Positions 13,132-27,664 of a stretch of DNA of 64,000 nt are shown one piece after another (the stretch's first letter is position 1; each line of letters starts with the position of its first letter). The notes under the pieces were generated by a model. The model was not told where the DNA came from and did not search any database. It saw only the letters and a program-made list of their open reading frames with translations. The DNA comes from Octopus vulgaris (taxonomy: Eukaryota), in the NCBI GenBank assembly GCA_951406725.2, contig OX597815.1, positions 64,294,001 to 64,358,000 on the forward strand. The letters are read 5' to 3'. The translations under genes and the position numbers were made by a program.

Positions 13132-13287
13132 TAATATAATGTGTATGAATATATATGTATACATGTATATTTTACCTATATACACACACATATATATAGA
13201 TATACATGTATATATATGTAGCAACGTGAATTGTTGGCGATTTTTTTCCTCCGGCATCCTTTTCTTTTGGACTTTCTTCCGTCCTCT

Positions 13288-13322
13288 GTTTCTGAAGAAG
13301 TTCTTTGCTCGAAATGTAAAAC
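13288..13322 (+). ncRNA. Minimal hammerhead-like motif in a Penelope-type terminal repeat (~13232-13420)
   Basis: gttt CTGAAGA a gttc-ttt-gctc GAAA T GTA aaac; core box intact, stem II decayed. Confidence 0.5.
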
Positions 13323-13424
13323 AAGCACTCTTTCTTTCCTTCCCTGAGAATCTTATTAATACTTTTCATGTACCACGACCTTGCGTTCTTTTTTCCTTGT
13401 GCTTTTTCTCCGTCTTTTTGGGTT

Positions 13425-13455
<31 letters not shown>

Positions 13456-13593
13456 AGGATATTATTATTAATAATAAATAATAATATTAGTGGCAGCCCA
13501 AAGAACGAGCCGTTCAGGCAAGTTTAAAAACGTTATTGTACTAGAAAGTAACGGCTTTAATAGAAATTGGAGTCAGATGAACTCCGAAGCCTC

Positions 13594-13624
<31 letters not shown>

Positions 13625-14102
13625 TGTATGTATGTATGTATGTATGTATGTATGTGTGTGTGTGTGTATATAAAACTTGTATCACCATACAATCTCCAAT
13701 CAACAGTAAAGTACCTTTCACTCTCACACTTGTTTTTTTTTATAAAAAATTGATTTTCAAAACAAAGAAGAAAAGTCCATAAAAGGTATTTTATATATTC
13801 AACGTTTGATTATCTTTCTAGATTAGTTCAGCGCTTAAAAAAACTTGTTTTCCTTCCCTTCTTCAATTCTTTATTAGCTCTTCTACAGCTTCCCGACCTT
13901 TATCTTCAATTGTCTTCTGTTTATATTATTTTTCCTCTTCATGCAGCTAACAAAGAATGTATTAGTGCGCATGTGCCAACCTATATACATGCAAACACGT
14001 GTATGTCTAGCTAAATGGTATTGCCTTGTAGGCCTCTATCAGTATGTGTATGTGTGATTACGTGCGTTTTTTGAAATATATATGTTTATATATATATATA
14101 TT

Positions 14103-14284
14103 TCGCCATGATAGATCGCTAGCCACTACACATTCTTTATTTTTTCTCCTTGTTTCTGTGTCCCTTTCTGTGGAAGAGCGTAGACTCGAAACGTTAAAGA
14201 CTTTTTCATTTCCCGAGCGCTATACTAACATATCTGTTTGTTGTCTACACCACCTGTCCTCGTCTTTTTTTGTGAATTCTCCCT
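14103..14284 (+). repeat. Interspersed repeat carrying a CTGTGGA-core hammerhead-like motif, copy 2
   Basis: cttt CTGTGGA a gagc-gtag-actc GAAAC GTT aaag; ends in gtgaattctccc followed by (TA)n, like the other copies. Confidence 0.8.
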
Positions 14285-14524
14285 ATATATATATATATAC
14301 ATATACACACACAATATATATAGATATAATATACTTATCTATTTATACATAGTATATATAAACACACACATATGTATATAGATATAAAGATAGATATATA
14401 TATAATTATTGTACAATCTAAAATTCGTCATCATATTACGCTGCCTCATACTTCTCTGTATATATAATACTGCGTTATTTACTCTTTCACCACAAATACA
14501 TACAAGCTCTGGCTTCTCTTTCTT

Positions 14525-14607
<83 letters not shown>

Positions 14608-16007
14608 CATATGCATACATATATGTGCGTATGTATGTATATATATATACATGCACATAGATATACGTGTGTTTGTCAATTTGTCTCTGTGTGCGTGTTT
14701 TCGTTACTTTCCTAGGTTCTCACACTCACTTTTCTTACCTCCCACTTCATACACAAAGACAAACATACACACACATACAAACGCATACACAGAAACACAT
14801 ATAACTACACACACATACATAAACGTTGTATTTCTCATGTTCCGCTTGTTCCAATCCTTAACTCATCTTTTATATTCCTCCTTGTCACGCACCATTGGAC
14901 ACCAAAATACAATAACACGCTCCACTACGTGTGCAACTAAGTTAGGTTTAACCGATTTCCCACCGAACAGCGCTCATAATCGATAACATGTTTTTGTTCG
15001 CCATTATGGAGGAAAGTAAAATATTAATGGAAGACGTTTGCCGACGCCGTTACTGAATATGGAGACAAGCAAAAGGCTGAAGCGTTGGTTATTGTGATAG
15101 CTCAGTAGATTTGTTCATTGTTTATATTTTGTTTCTGGTCTTCATGGTCAGTTTCCAAATTCGAACTCTGATAGACGTTGTCGACTTTGCCTGTTTACGC
15201 TCTAGCCAATATCAGTTAACCAGGTGAAAACGAGGGACACTCAACGTGCTTGCTAGAATGCTAGAAATAACAACAAAATGAGCTCTTGGCGAGCAGAAAT
15301 AGCCGCATCATTTCTAATCATTCTTGAAGCCACTTAACTTCTCTTATACACCTGTCTTTTTGAGAAGCATGAACCTCCTATAATCTCACGTCACTCATAA
15401 GTTCACAGACTTATCAGGGGAGTTGGGGTAAGATTGTCCCAGATTTCTCTCAACTTACACACAGTCTTCTTCATCATTGATTGGAATTGCTAGAAACAAC
15501 AACCAAATTTTTCTCAGTTCACACCCACCCGGGACGACGGTTCATTTAGTATCGTGAGTAGGAGAACATCCATTGTGTAGGTTTCTTAATTCTTTTGGAA
15601 GTACATTGAAGAGCTGTGGACTTTGAAACCAGAAACTGTTGCAGTACCTGATCCTCACCTAAGACGGTGTGGACGGTACCCTTTGTACTACGCAATGACG
15701 TCCAGTAAGGGTATTTGTATGATTCTTGATACCGAAGCTAGGTACTGGATCTTCTTGAATTTTCCACATGTAAATTAATACATATCTCTCTGCTCGTAAT
15801 CAGATATGCACATATCATTAGCCACCAAGGGACATGCTCAACTGGTTAAGGTCTAGCAACTGACTACCTAATCTGTGGTATTAAGCAGCATATTTGCTGT
15901 AACTCGTCTTTTACACCAAGACAAAACAAGTACATGACAACACTTCCAATCAGTTAAGATCAGAAGCCATGAGAGCCAGTGCCTTCTTCTTCTTCTTCTT
16001 CTTCTTC

Positions 16008-16081
<74 letters not shown>

Positions 16082-16811
16082 TTCTCCTGCTTCTCTTCCT
16101 CCTCCTCCTCCTTCTTCTTCTTCCTCTTCTCCTTCTGCTTCTTCTATTTCTTCCTCTTCTTCTTATATGATAATTCTAATATTAGGACAATATTATTAGT
16201 TGATCCAAGTAAATATGATTTATAAGTTGCTAAAATTTCGACTGGAAGCAGAATCTGCACAGAATTACTTGTCAAGTTGGAACTATTGGACAAAAATCTA
16301 CCAAAATTTGCAAAGTGGGAAGCAGTTTCCGTGGGTGGGTATATGATAAATGTGGTTTCATACTTCACATCCATTCCCGCGATGTTGGATGAAATTATTA
16401 AGATATGATATTTCTAAGTACAAAATCCTCTGTTTGGTAGACAAGTTAGCGATGAAGGATAATTCCCGATAAGAATAATTGCGAGAGAAATGGTAAGAAT
16501 ATGAAAGAAGTGTCTATGAATGGAGGCAGTAGCGTGCTATACGGCAATGAAAAATGGTGAGTGGATAAGAAATGCACAAAAGATGGAAATCAGAAAAGAA
16601 TATTATTGTATAAAAAGTGAGAAAGAACCGTCGAAGAAAAATGGTAATAAAAAAATTTGGGGAATGTATTTTTGAAGAAAATAACTGGATTTTATATTAA
16701 AGAAAATTTGGTAGAATCTAAAGTATTTTTTAAAAAACTGAATAACGGCGTCTTGAGTAGTATAAAGATAAATGCTGTATAGCGTAACGTCTTTGGCAGA
16801 TTGGAATTATA

Positions 16812-17158
<347 letters not shown>

Positions 17159-18204
17159 GCTCATTGATTATGCTGTTCCGTCATTGGCAGGAAAAAAACA
17201 AACGATAGTGACAAGAGAGTGCAAAAAATGGAGAGAGATTCTTATGACATCAATCTGAACAAGCTACGTAACAACAGCAACAAGAAAAAAATAGAAATGT
17301 TCCACCAGATGACTGGCTATCAAATACTTGCAGAGAAGTATTATGGTAAAATCTATACCTACATATTGATGTTTGCTGCTGCAGCATGGGCAAAAACAAC
17401 AAAAATGATTGGGAAAACATACGTTGTCATTTAAAATTATATGGAGTAGATGACATCCAATAGAGAATAAAGAAAAATAGAAGCGGGTGTTGGTATTCTT
17501 TAATGCTAACCTATGTAAATCTTTTATTAGGAGTTTGTATTTCATATAAGAAAATATCCGGCAAAAGTTGATGTAGGCTGTTGATATAATCTATACCAGG
17601 GGTTCTCAAGCATTTGTTACCTATCGACTCCTTTGCTTATTATTTCATTCTGGTGGAGCCCCACCCCAGTCATTCGATGTTTAAAACCTAGTTTTTATAG
17701 ATATTTCTTTCAAAATTCCTATTTTGTTTCTCACACGTTAAATCATGTAAAACTTTAGAGAAAGAAACTGAGCTGTTTCTTGCTATAAATACATCTAAAT
17801 CAAAATTTTTTATGGACGCTTAAAATGCAACCATTGATCCCCAATTTGCTATTTTGCTTGCACAGAAACTCTGGAATCCTATGTGGACTCCCCAGAATCT
17901 TTTATGGATCTCAAGGGCTTATACCAACACTGATATGATCCACACCAATGAGAGAAACTATCGGTAAAATTACGACAAATTTCATTAATAATAGCAAGCA
18001 AAAGACAGAAGAATGAACTTCTAAACCTTGGAATGTTTGAATGAAAGTGAAGCATCTATAATGGCTGGATAAGCTAGGACAAGAATATCTGAGAATGACT
18101 AAGCCTGAATAATTGGCGAGAAAATTAGTCATAAATAAGGAAAGGCTTGAGGAAGTTTCATGAAGACTGTTTTATTGGAAAGAGAAAGTATCTTGCGTAA
18201 CATT

Positions 18205-18866
18205 GGTTTCAAATTTCGGCATAAGGCCTGCAATTTCGATGGAAGGGGCAAGGTGAATAAAGGATCTTTTCGGTTTGAACGGCAGTTTTTAACATAATTT
18301 CTAGGTAACTAAAAAATTTTAAACTTCGTATACTGGTAGAATGTGTTTATAAAACATCATTTTCTTTTGGCTTTATTGAGAAAATTCTTTAGTTTGTAAG
18401 ATATTTGTTGTTTTTTTCTTCAATTTCTGAAATTTCAACCAATCACTGACGTCCATTGAGGTAAACAATATTCTGTACCGTATGAATATGTCCCTCGTTT
18501 AAGAAACAGATCGGATTTATTTACATTTGTGAAGAAAAAAAATACCCTTCCCCCCACCCCTAACCCTAACCCTAACTAACCCTAACTAACGCTAATCCTA
18601 AAATAGATTGAAATGCAATAGATCGATACTAGGGTCATAATTATGAGTGACAATTTCATATGACACCGCTAGAAAAAACTGCCGTTCAAACCGAAAAGAT
18701 CCTGAATAAATCGAGCCTAGTGCTCAACTGGTACTCCTTTTATCCACTTCGAAAGGTTTAAAGGCAGAGTCGACCTTGGAGGAATTTGAACTCAGAGCGT
18801 AAAGATGGACGAACTGCCGTTAAGCAATTTCTTCCGTATACCAATGATCCTGCCAGTTTGCCGCTC
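18205..18866 (-). mobile_element. SINE family B copy interrupted by a MITE
   Basis: Both halves (18205-18261 and 18703-18866) match the reverse complement of 22915-23125. Confidence 0.8.
18262..18702. mobile_element. Non-autonomous DNA transposon (MITE), 441 bp, GG...CC termini, 8-bp TSD, internal (CCCTAA)n
   Basis: TIR ggatcttttcggtttgaacggcagttttt / aaaaactgccgttcaaaccgaaaagatcc; TSD TGAATAAA at 18254-18261 and 18703-18710; cccctaaccctaaccctaac at ~18557-18600. Confidence 0.92.
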
Positions 18867-19054
18867 TAGAATCTTGAGTAATATTGGAAACATCAAACTA
18901 TCGACAAATATTCAGACAAATAAATAACAAACACACCAGGACTAACAAATGTATGTAACATACGGAAAATAGCACTACTATCCACCGTACACATCCTACA
19001 CTTTCAAAACAGTGAAAGCACGTGATAAAGATATAACTACTGAATACTAATAAT

Positions 19055-19064
19055 ACTAATAATG

Positions 19065-19152
<88 letters not shown>

Positions 19153-19159
19153 CAAAAAC

Positions 19160-19238
<79 letters not shown>

Positions 19239-19270
19239 TGCAAGAATTCTTCTCGGGATTCTTAATAATA

Positions 19271-19305
<35 letters not shown>
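19055..19305. repeat. (AAT)n microsatellites
   Basis: Direct reading. Confidence 0.95.
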
Positions 19306-19306
<1 letters not shown>

Positions 19307-20005
19307 GCATGACCAGTAAACATGTGTCACCTTAGTCTGCTGGCGGTGGACAGCTGACACTTACCATCATACCCACCAAAATAAGCTGTGAGTTTTCATT
19401 ACATAATGATAATAGATTTTGAAAAGGAACAAGGTCACATACTCGGTGGGTAGATACAATGTTTAGTCAGTGAGGGAACTGCGGTGTCCATGAACCTTTT
19501 CAGTTCGTCTTAAACAAGTAGGAAGAAGACGGTATTCAGAGCGGAAAGTTAGTTCAAATGTTTGCAATATATGGGACTCCGCTAAAGGCAATTAAGAGCA
19601 GGTAGTGGTGTAAAATCGAGCTATGAATTAAGGTTAACACCAAACAATATGATCGATTTCTTATACGGGCTTCCACACAGTTTCCAGCGACCAAATTTTA
19701 TTTTCAAAGCTTCGGTCGTCCTGTGTCTGTGACGGGAGATATTCATCATGCTACCACACACTATAATCGAACACCAAAACCAGTGAGCTATGGAGAAAAC
19801 TTAACCTCACAAACGTGATTGTAACCAGGCCTTAAATACAGCCACTCACTTTTATCGATCACTGCAAAATAGGTTCTAGCGGGAATTGATCTTAGAATAT
19901 AAAGGGATGTAACCAAATGCTGTGCATCACTTTGCCGAATAGCCCTATAGTTCCTACCGTCCCTCAATCTCATATAATAACAAAAACAACAACAGCAATG
20001 ACAAT

Positions 20006-20090
<85 letters not shown>

Positions 20091-20924
20091 TAGGTCGAAG
20101 ATTATCTGAAGTTGGTTTTTATGTGAGATGTATGTTTGATGTGTTGTTTTTCTATCACCAACGTCAGGACTTTTATATGGTAAGCTCCAAGAAATGGTTC
20201 TATATTTTCGATTATCCCTCGAGAAGTTAACCCACCTTCCCCCATCAATGCGTCATGCCACAGCGTTCAAATTTTGGTACATCAATGATTTGACATCAAA
20301 TTCCCTCCAGGGATCGACTTCTTTTTTATATCTTTCTGCGAGTCCCATAAAATAAGCGCCAATATTATACTTGGATCGATTTAATCGATATAATCGATTT
20401 TACCAGCTCCCTTAAAACAAAGTTAACCATATTCCTATTTCAAAAAGTTTTCTCCTTTTTCCATTGATTTGGAATTATGCGAAATCAATAAAATAAGTTT
20501 CGGTCATTTTTCTTTATCGGTGAACTCTAATAATAAGGGTGAAGATCAACTAGTCATCCATGAGAAGTAATATCGCAATATCAACCACTAATAACATAGA
20601 GGTGGTCACGTGTTTGATGACGTAGTTTGAATGGCCAATAGCTTGTAAGATTCACGTAATCGATAAAGAAGTTACGATTTTCGTTTCGTTTATATTATTG
20701 AATCACATGTCCTAGAAATTAGTTTTGGCTCCCAAAATATAATACGGACGGTTCCCATGATCTGCATGATTAGATTTAGTCATCAGAAGACACAGAGATG
20801 GCCTAAAAGATCTGATGGCTTGATCGATACATCGAGAACTTTAGCCATCAAGAATCTGGTAGAGTATTTTATTGATTGCTTTCGCAGGATTGCCACACAA
20901 ATATTATTAGTATTAGAGATAACT

Positions 20925-21732
20925 CTCATCACCACCATCAACGCCAATGCCAACGCCACTACTAACATTATCAATCATACTACCATCATCATCATCATCA
21001 CCATCGCCAATAACACTAATATTGCCATCACCACCACCATTAACACCACCATTACTTTCAGCAGCATCACCATCATCACTAACGCCATAATCACTAACAT
21101 AATCATCACCACTACCGCCTTCATCACCATCACCATTAACACCAACACCATTATCGCCACCACCACCACGAACATTGTTGTCACTATCACCATCATCACC
21201 ACAACCAGAAGCATCAGTAGCACCATCAGTTACCATCACTACAAACTGCACCACAATTTCCACTAACCCCCCAACGTGACTATGTAGCTGTTACCACTGA
21301 AATTACAACACACCACTAGCAATGTCATGATCATGATAATCATCATCACCATTACCATCACCATTACCATCATCATCATCATCATCATCAACAACATCAT
21401 CATTATCAACAACAACAACAACAAACAGTAGTAGTAACGGTACAACCACCACTACGTTCAGCCAATCCTCATTGCCAGCATTTCTAAAGCAAACATCAGA
21501 TCCAGATTGCAATCACGACCAACTTCTATTCCTGTTAATACTACCACGATCACTAACAGTGCCATACTATAGACGCTAAAACGCCATCACACAACCACCA
21601 TAACTCCACCACTACTACTAGCACCAGCACCAGCACCAAACTAAATACTGCAACGAATCTAAGCCGAAATACTCATCTTCATTAGTATTTTGGGCACCGT
21701 ACATTTTATGTATTGTAAACCTAAGCAGCTCT

Positions 21733-21798
<66 letters not shown>

Positions 21799-22000
21799 GT
21801 TATCGCCATTACTTGTTACTAACGACACCGTTACACTAACACCACCACCACTAGTAGTAGCGAACACCACCAATGCCGTTAGATCAGCCCCACCCTTACC
21901 ATCACAACCACCAGCACCACCAACAACACGAATACTACCACCACATCAACAACCACCGCCGCTGTCGCTGCCACCACCTCCACCACCACCTACATCACTA
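20925..22000. repeat. Cryptically simple trinucleotide region (CAC/CAT/CAA/TAC)
   Basis: Mosaic of degenerate trinucleotide runs; no complex coding signal. Confidence 0.85.
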
Positions 22001-22392
22001 TGGTATTGCAAATGTAATCATCGTGCTAAATGCAATTTTTTGTTTTAATTATCGTAAACATTATCGTTCCTTTCTTCGTTACTGCCGTGTCTTTCGCTGT
22101 AGATTTTATTAGCTTGTTTTATTTACTTAGTAATTTATTTATTTAATAAGTTATAATTTATTTTTCATATTTGTCTGACTCTGTCTCATGTCACTCTCTT
22201 CCCTTCCCCTCTTTTTCACACGCATATCCATACGCCATTCGCTCATACCTTCACACATTCACACACATACACATTCACATACTCATACACAAACAGAGAC
22301 ATACACACACATTCATACACACATACACACACATGCTCACACATACGTATTTCCTGTGGAATATTTCTACGTAAATTATTACGCGTTTCTAG

Positions 22393-22409
22393 CCGTAAGC
22401 GATCTTCAG
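22393..22409 (+). CDS. Candidate 17-nt micro-exon (xVSDLQ) of an unidentified host gene
   Basis: tttctag|CCGTAAGCGATCTTCAG|gtaaag; ends in phase 0, compatible with the exon at 47396. Short, so it could be chance. Confidence 0.35.
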
Positions 22410-22475
22410 GTAAAGTCTGCTATCAGCACAGCATTGGCAGCAGCAGCAGTAGCAGCAGTAGCAGTAGTAGTGGTA

Positions 22476-22540
<65 letters not shown>

Positions 22541-22868
22541 TATTGTTGTTGTAGCAGCAGCAAAATACATATATGATTACCAGACACCCTCGTGATGCAA
22601 ACTATATATATATATACACACATACATATACATCCTAACAGACATTTATTTATCACAGAGACGAATATTCACCTTTTTCCTCACACACACACACATATAT
22701 GCATATAATGTATTGTATATACTGCATGTATGTATATGTATGCATATATACATATGTGTGTATATATATGTGTGTGTGTAATATATATATGTGTGTGTAA
22801 TATATATGTAATATATATAGAATATATGTGTATATATATGTAATATATATAATATATAATATATATAC

Positions 22869-22905
<37 letters not shown>

Positions 22906-22914
22906 ATCAATGTG

Positions 22915-23125
22915 TAAGGCGCGGCGAGCTGGCAGAAACATTAGCACGCCAGGCAATATGTTTAGCGGCTTTTCGTCCGCCTATACGTTCTGAGTTCATA
23001 TTCTGCCGATTTCGACTTCCATATTCCGGGGAACGAAAAAATAAGTAGCACTTGAGCTCTGGGATCGATGAAATCGACTTACCGCTCGCACCGAAAATGT
23101 TGTCCTTGTGCCAAAAATATGAAAA
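22915..23125 (+). mobile_element. SINE family B (tRNA-like head)
   Basis: taaggcgcggcgagctggcagaaacattagcacgcc...gttctgagttcatattc...cttgtgccaaaa; at least five copies in the window. Confidence 0.85.
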
Positions 23126-23502
23126 TAATATATACCACTTTACATCTATATATATATATAATCCAATGAAAATTCTTTAACACATCTTTAATTATAAGTT
23201 ACACATGTTTCCGTACCATTCCCATTTACAACGCTTGTTTACGCGAAAATTCTAAAAGAAAAATTGCGTAATATTTGTGATTTTACGCATTGAAGAGGCA
23301 CTTCCTCAGACTTGCATCAAAGTCAAGCTATTACATTGTGTGTCTATCAGGAAAGTACCGAGAGGAAATAAAAAGGAAAAAATGAAAAGAGTATAAGCGG
23401 AATGGGTCTGTGGGGGACATATTATGTGGGGGTGAATCAAAACGGTGGATATGTAAAATGATAGGAGGTAGAATGGGAAGGGGGACAAGAAAACGAATAG
23501 AA

Positions 23503-23752
23503 AAAGAAGAAGAAGAAGAAGAAGAAGAAGAAGAAGAAGAAGAAGAAGAAGAAGAAGAAGAAGAAGAAGAAAGAAGAAGACGAAGAAGAAGAAGAAGAAG
23601 AAGAAGAAGAAGAAGAAGAAGAAGAAGAAGAAGAAGAAGAAGAAGAAACGAAGAAGAAGAAGAAGAAGAAGAAGAAGAAGAAGAAGAAGAAGAAAGAAGA
23701 AGAAGAAGAAGAAGAAGAAGAAGAAGAAGAAGAAGAAGAAGAAGAAGAAGAA
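23503..23752. repeat. (GAA)n microsatellite, ~250 bp, with interruptions
   Basis: Direct reading. Confidence 0.95.
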
Positions 23753-24122
23753 ACGCTGGTGACGTGTCAACCAGTACTCGCAGAGCTATTATTTCCAAAA
23801 TTTGTCCGATGGAAGAGGATTTATTTAACCACACAGCGACATTAAACTTAAAGTGAAAAGATCTATTAAGTAGATAACTAGACAATTGTCCGGAATCAAA
23901 AGGGTGAGGATGATCAAGATGTATGTTGTAGGGGCACCTACATTTATGATCTTAGTGTATTTCGGCATTGGGATAGAGATGCAAGTAGAATAGTAGAAGA
24001 CGAACATACGTACAGAAATGTACACATACATACACAAACACCCACGTATATATACTCAAGGGACGCAGACGCACCAGCAAGCACACACATATAATCGCGA
24101 ACACACAGACATCCCTCCTCCC

Positions 24123-24160
<38 letters not shown>

Positions 24161-24379
24161 GGAGAGGAAAAAATAATAAGACAGAATACTAAATTGAAAG
24201 TAAATCTTAATAAAAATGGGTGTATGAACAATTGAAAAAGAAAAAGGCAATCAAACCAGCTTTCGTTGCAAGGCAAATTTTCAAGATTTGGAAGGGGAAC
24301 AAATTTTTTTTTTAGATTGAGGAAGGGGAGAAAAGGAAATTTACAATATTTTTTTCAAAAAAATAATAATATACAAAAA

Positions 24380-24935
24380 TTAATAAATAAGTATACCAAT
24401 ACATTGTAGTGTCTTTATGCCTTTAGAGTTCAATATTAGTCCTTGGAAAAACTTCTTTGGAGGATTAGGATGCATGTGTTTAAGTGAAGTGTTTAGTTTG
24501 AAAAGGTTTAGTTTAAAACAGGAATTGGCGTAGGAGTTATCCAGTTCCTGTGAGTAAGGGGAGACAATTCTGTGGATTTTAATGCTCTTTAGTTGGAATG
24601 CTGGATTCTTTGTCAAACAGGGTGCTTATATCAATGTTTTGTCAGATAGGTGCTAGAAAAAGAATATGGTCACAGTGGAGTTTGCATATTAAGACGCGTT
24701 TGGAATTTTTCAAAAAAAAGATTCTCCTTGTTGCTTCTTCCTTGTGTAGAGATTCTGTCTTTACATTGGTAGAAAGGGAATATATGAAATTTGGGATTTT
24801 TATCTCTAGCGCATGAGTGTATGTGGCTACTGAGTTGAATTTGACGGTATTGTGGGAGATTTGTGGGAGAAATAAGTCAATTTTTAAAAATTCACGGGAT
24901 CCAGGTGCCTTCCTAAATTCAGAAATATTCGTTTT
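24380..24935 (-). mobile_element. Possible 3' end of a non-LTR retrotransposon (degenerate C-terminal zinc knuckle)
   Basis: Minus ORF contains KRVLICKLHCDHILF, resembling the C..C...DHIL.C knuckle; otherwise unsupported. Confidence 0.3.
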
Positions 24936-25353
24936 GGCCACGTGGCTGTGTGGTAAGTAGCTTGTTTACCAACCACATGGTTCCGGGTTCAGTCCCACTG
25001 CGTGGCACCTTGGGCAAGTGTCTTCTACTATAGCCTCGGGCCGACCAAAGCCTTGTGAATGGATTTGGTAGACGGAAACTGAAAAGAAGCCCGTCGTATA
25101 TATGTATATATGTATATATGCGTGTGTGTGTGTGTGTGTTTGTCCCCCTAGCATTGCTTGACAACCGATGCTGGTGTGTTTATGTCCCCGTTACTTAGTG
25201 GTTCGGCAAAAGACACCGATAGAATAAGTACTGGGCTTACAAAAAGAATAAGTCCCGGGGTCGAGTTGCTCCATTAAAGGCGGTGCTCCAGCATGGCCGC
25301 AGTCAAATGACTGAAACAAGTAAAAGAATAAAAGAGTAAAGAGTAAAAGAGTA
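24936..25353 (+). mobile_element. Full-length SINE family A (octopus-type tRNA/CORE SINE)
   Basis: A/B-box-like head (tggctgtgtggtaag; ggttcagtccc), CORE-like ccttgggcaagtgtcttct, internal (TG)n, and 3' tail (gagtaaaa)n. Confidence 0.9.
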
Positions 25354-26384
25354 GTCATATCCAGTTTGTGAGTAAGGCACTATATATATATATATGCTTC
25401 AAATGCAAACACGGGTATGCACCTCTCCGTGGGATTAACTTATGTTGCTAACTATCTATGTATCAGTCTGTCTAACTATTCATTTGTCTCCCCGCTCCCC
25501 CTCTCTCTTTCTATCTATCTTTCTCTCTCTTTCTATAAATATATATAAGTATATCTGAAAGTGTACACCTTATAATTTTCAATAACTTACATGACTCAGT
25601 TCAACCCATTTAGCAATAGGCATAATTTTCCGTTGATGCATTACTTTAAATAAGGAACTTCGCTCGTACAGTACCGTTCCGATATAGCTGAAACATCATT
25701 TCCTTACATCTTTGCGTATACAACGTTTTCGTTGTAGAATACTTCTCTTTTTCAAATAACAAAATATCTTCTTTACAGCTAACCTTTTCTTGGGAGTTCT
25801 TTTAACAGTTTTAACTGTCAAGTTAAAGGTACTCGGTGTATCGTAGGCGGGGCAGTATGTGTGTGTCTGTGTATGTATGAATACGTTTCATTAAATTCAC
25901 AACTGTTTCCAAGTTTTATTGTTTATTTCAGATTTTTCGTGTTTTCTTATTAGTTTTTTCACTTAGTTACCGAACCATAAAATTTCTAAATATTCAAGTT
26001 CCATTTAAACATTAGGACATGACCTCCGACATAAAACCTAACGGTCAAAAGTTTGACCACAACGAACAAGTTAACATATGATTGATGCCGTATAAAGCTA
26101 AAAGTAAAAAAAACTATTGGCTAGAAAGCCAGTATGAATTCAGCCAACGTGTACGAGACAACACAAACACCAGTTATAGTGAAATTTTGAAAATGAGACT
26201 ACGAAGTTCTAGAAACATCGAATATGAATTCAGGAACTTTATTGTTTCAAATCATTCCTTTACCAACAAATTTATCCCCTATTTCTTTAGGGATTCATAG
26301 ATTTTCTTGTTTTCCGATATTTGTAAAAGGAGAAAAATATTTTTGCCAACAGTTGTCACTTCTGGCATAGGTTTATTTATTTGT

Positions 26385-26419
<35 letters not shown>

Positions 26420-27071
26420 TTGCAACTTTTAAGTATTTTCAATATTTCATTTAAGATTAATATAAATCCATACTACTAGATTAAATTCTTTCCAGTTTAA
26501 ATAAATATTTTATATTAGAGAATATCGAAAATTTCATTTAAAAAGTAGTTTCTACAATCTTTTGATATTCTCCAAATATTTTTCTCAACTTTTTTTTATT
26601 TCGTACATCTAAATTTCAATGATTATGAGAGAAAAAATGTATTTTTTATATACATTTACTTAATGTAGTCGAAATATATTAGCTCTACATAATTGAACAC
26701 AGCCTAGTTTCAACTTTTAGATTGTCTCTTCCAAGTAGATTTTCGAAACCTTACAGTAACACATAGAATCAAATATATATATGTATGTATGTGTATGTAC
26801 AACTCAGACACATATGTATACATATATATGCATTTGTTTACAAATATTATATGTAGTACGTATTAAACAGATTAAGTATGAATAAACCAAATTTGGCTGA
26901 AATTGATGGGTGAGCGTTTGGCCAATCGGATGCGCAAGAAGCCGAGTTAGCATTGATTTTTGGGTTCAATTCTGAGTGGAGTGAACTCATCATTTTTCAG
27001 TCATTTGTTTGTATTTATAAATTCTTGCTTCAAACCGGAGAATAAAATATTATAATGATGTTATTATACAG

Positions 27072-27139
<68 letters not shown>

Positions 27140-27664
27140 AAATGTATGAGATATTGAAAATGGAATTTATAAGATTCTATGTTACTCACTACGATAGTTT
27201 CGACCCATCATGCACCGGTGCCGTACGACGTGGGAGAGTTTGTTGTGTAAAGGATTTATCCTTATAGACTCCGTGAGTAAAAACACATTGAACTAGGCTC
27301 TGCCAAACAAGCTTTTTGGCTGAAATATGTCTCCACAGTGGCACAAATGTGTTTCAGTCATGAATAACCTGTTTCATATAAGTGAACAATAAAACATATT
27401 TACTGATGTATGATATGACTTCGTATAGCTGTAATTAATTAATGATATGCATACGAAAAAGCAATTGCTTAAATAATGACGTGTACATTAATATTTAACA
27501 TGCTCACGTGCAAGAGATTCGTAGCAGGCTTCTTGTCTCAGAGAAAAATTCTCCACAGTTTTACTCAGAATAACATTTCCATGTTATTGTAAAGTTGAAA
27601 TTATTTTATTCCATCACCACCACCACTACTACTACTACTACGTGCGTTTCTGTGTATGTATGTT

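Noticed and set aside
17597-17910. hAT-like terminus caggggttctcaa
   Set aside because: No matching right TIR or 8-bp TSD could be found; too decayed to call.
18557-18600. Telomeric repeat suggesting a chromosome end or fusion site
   Set aside because: Short, degenerate and internal to a TIR element with a TSD.
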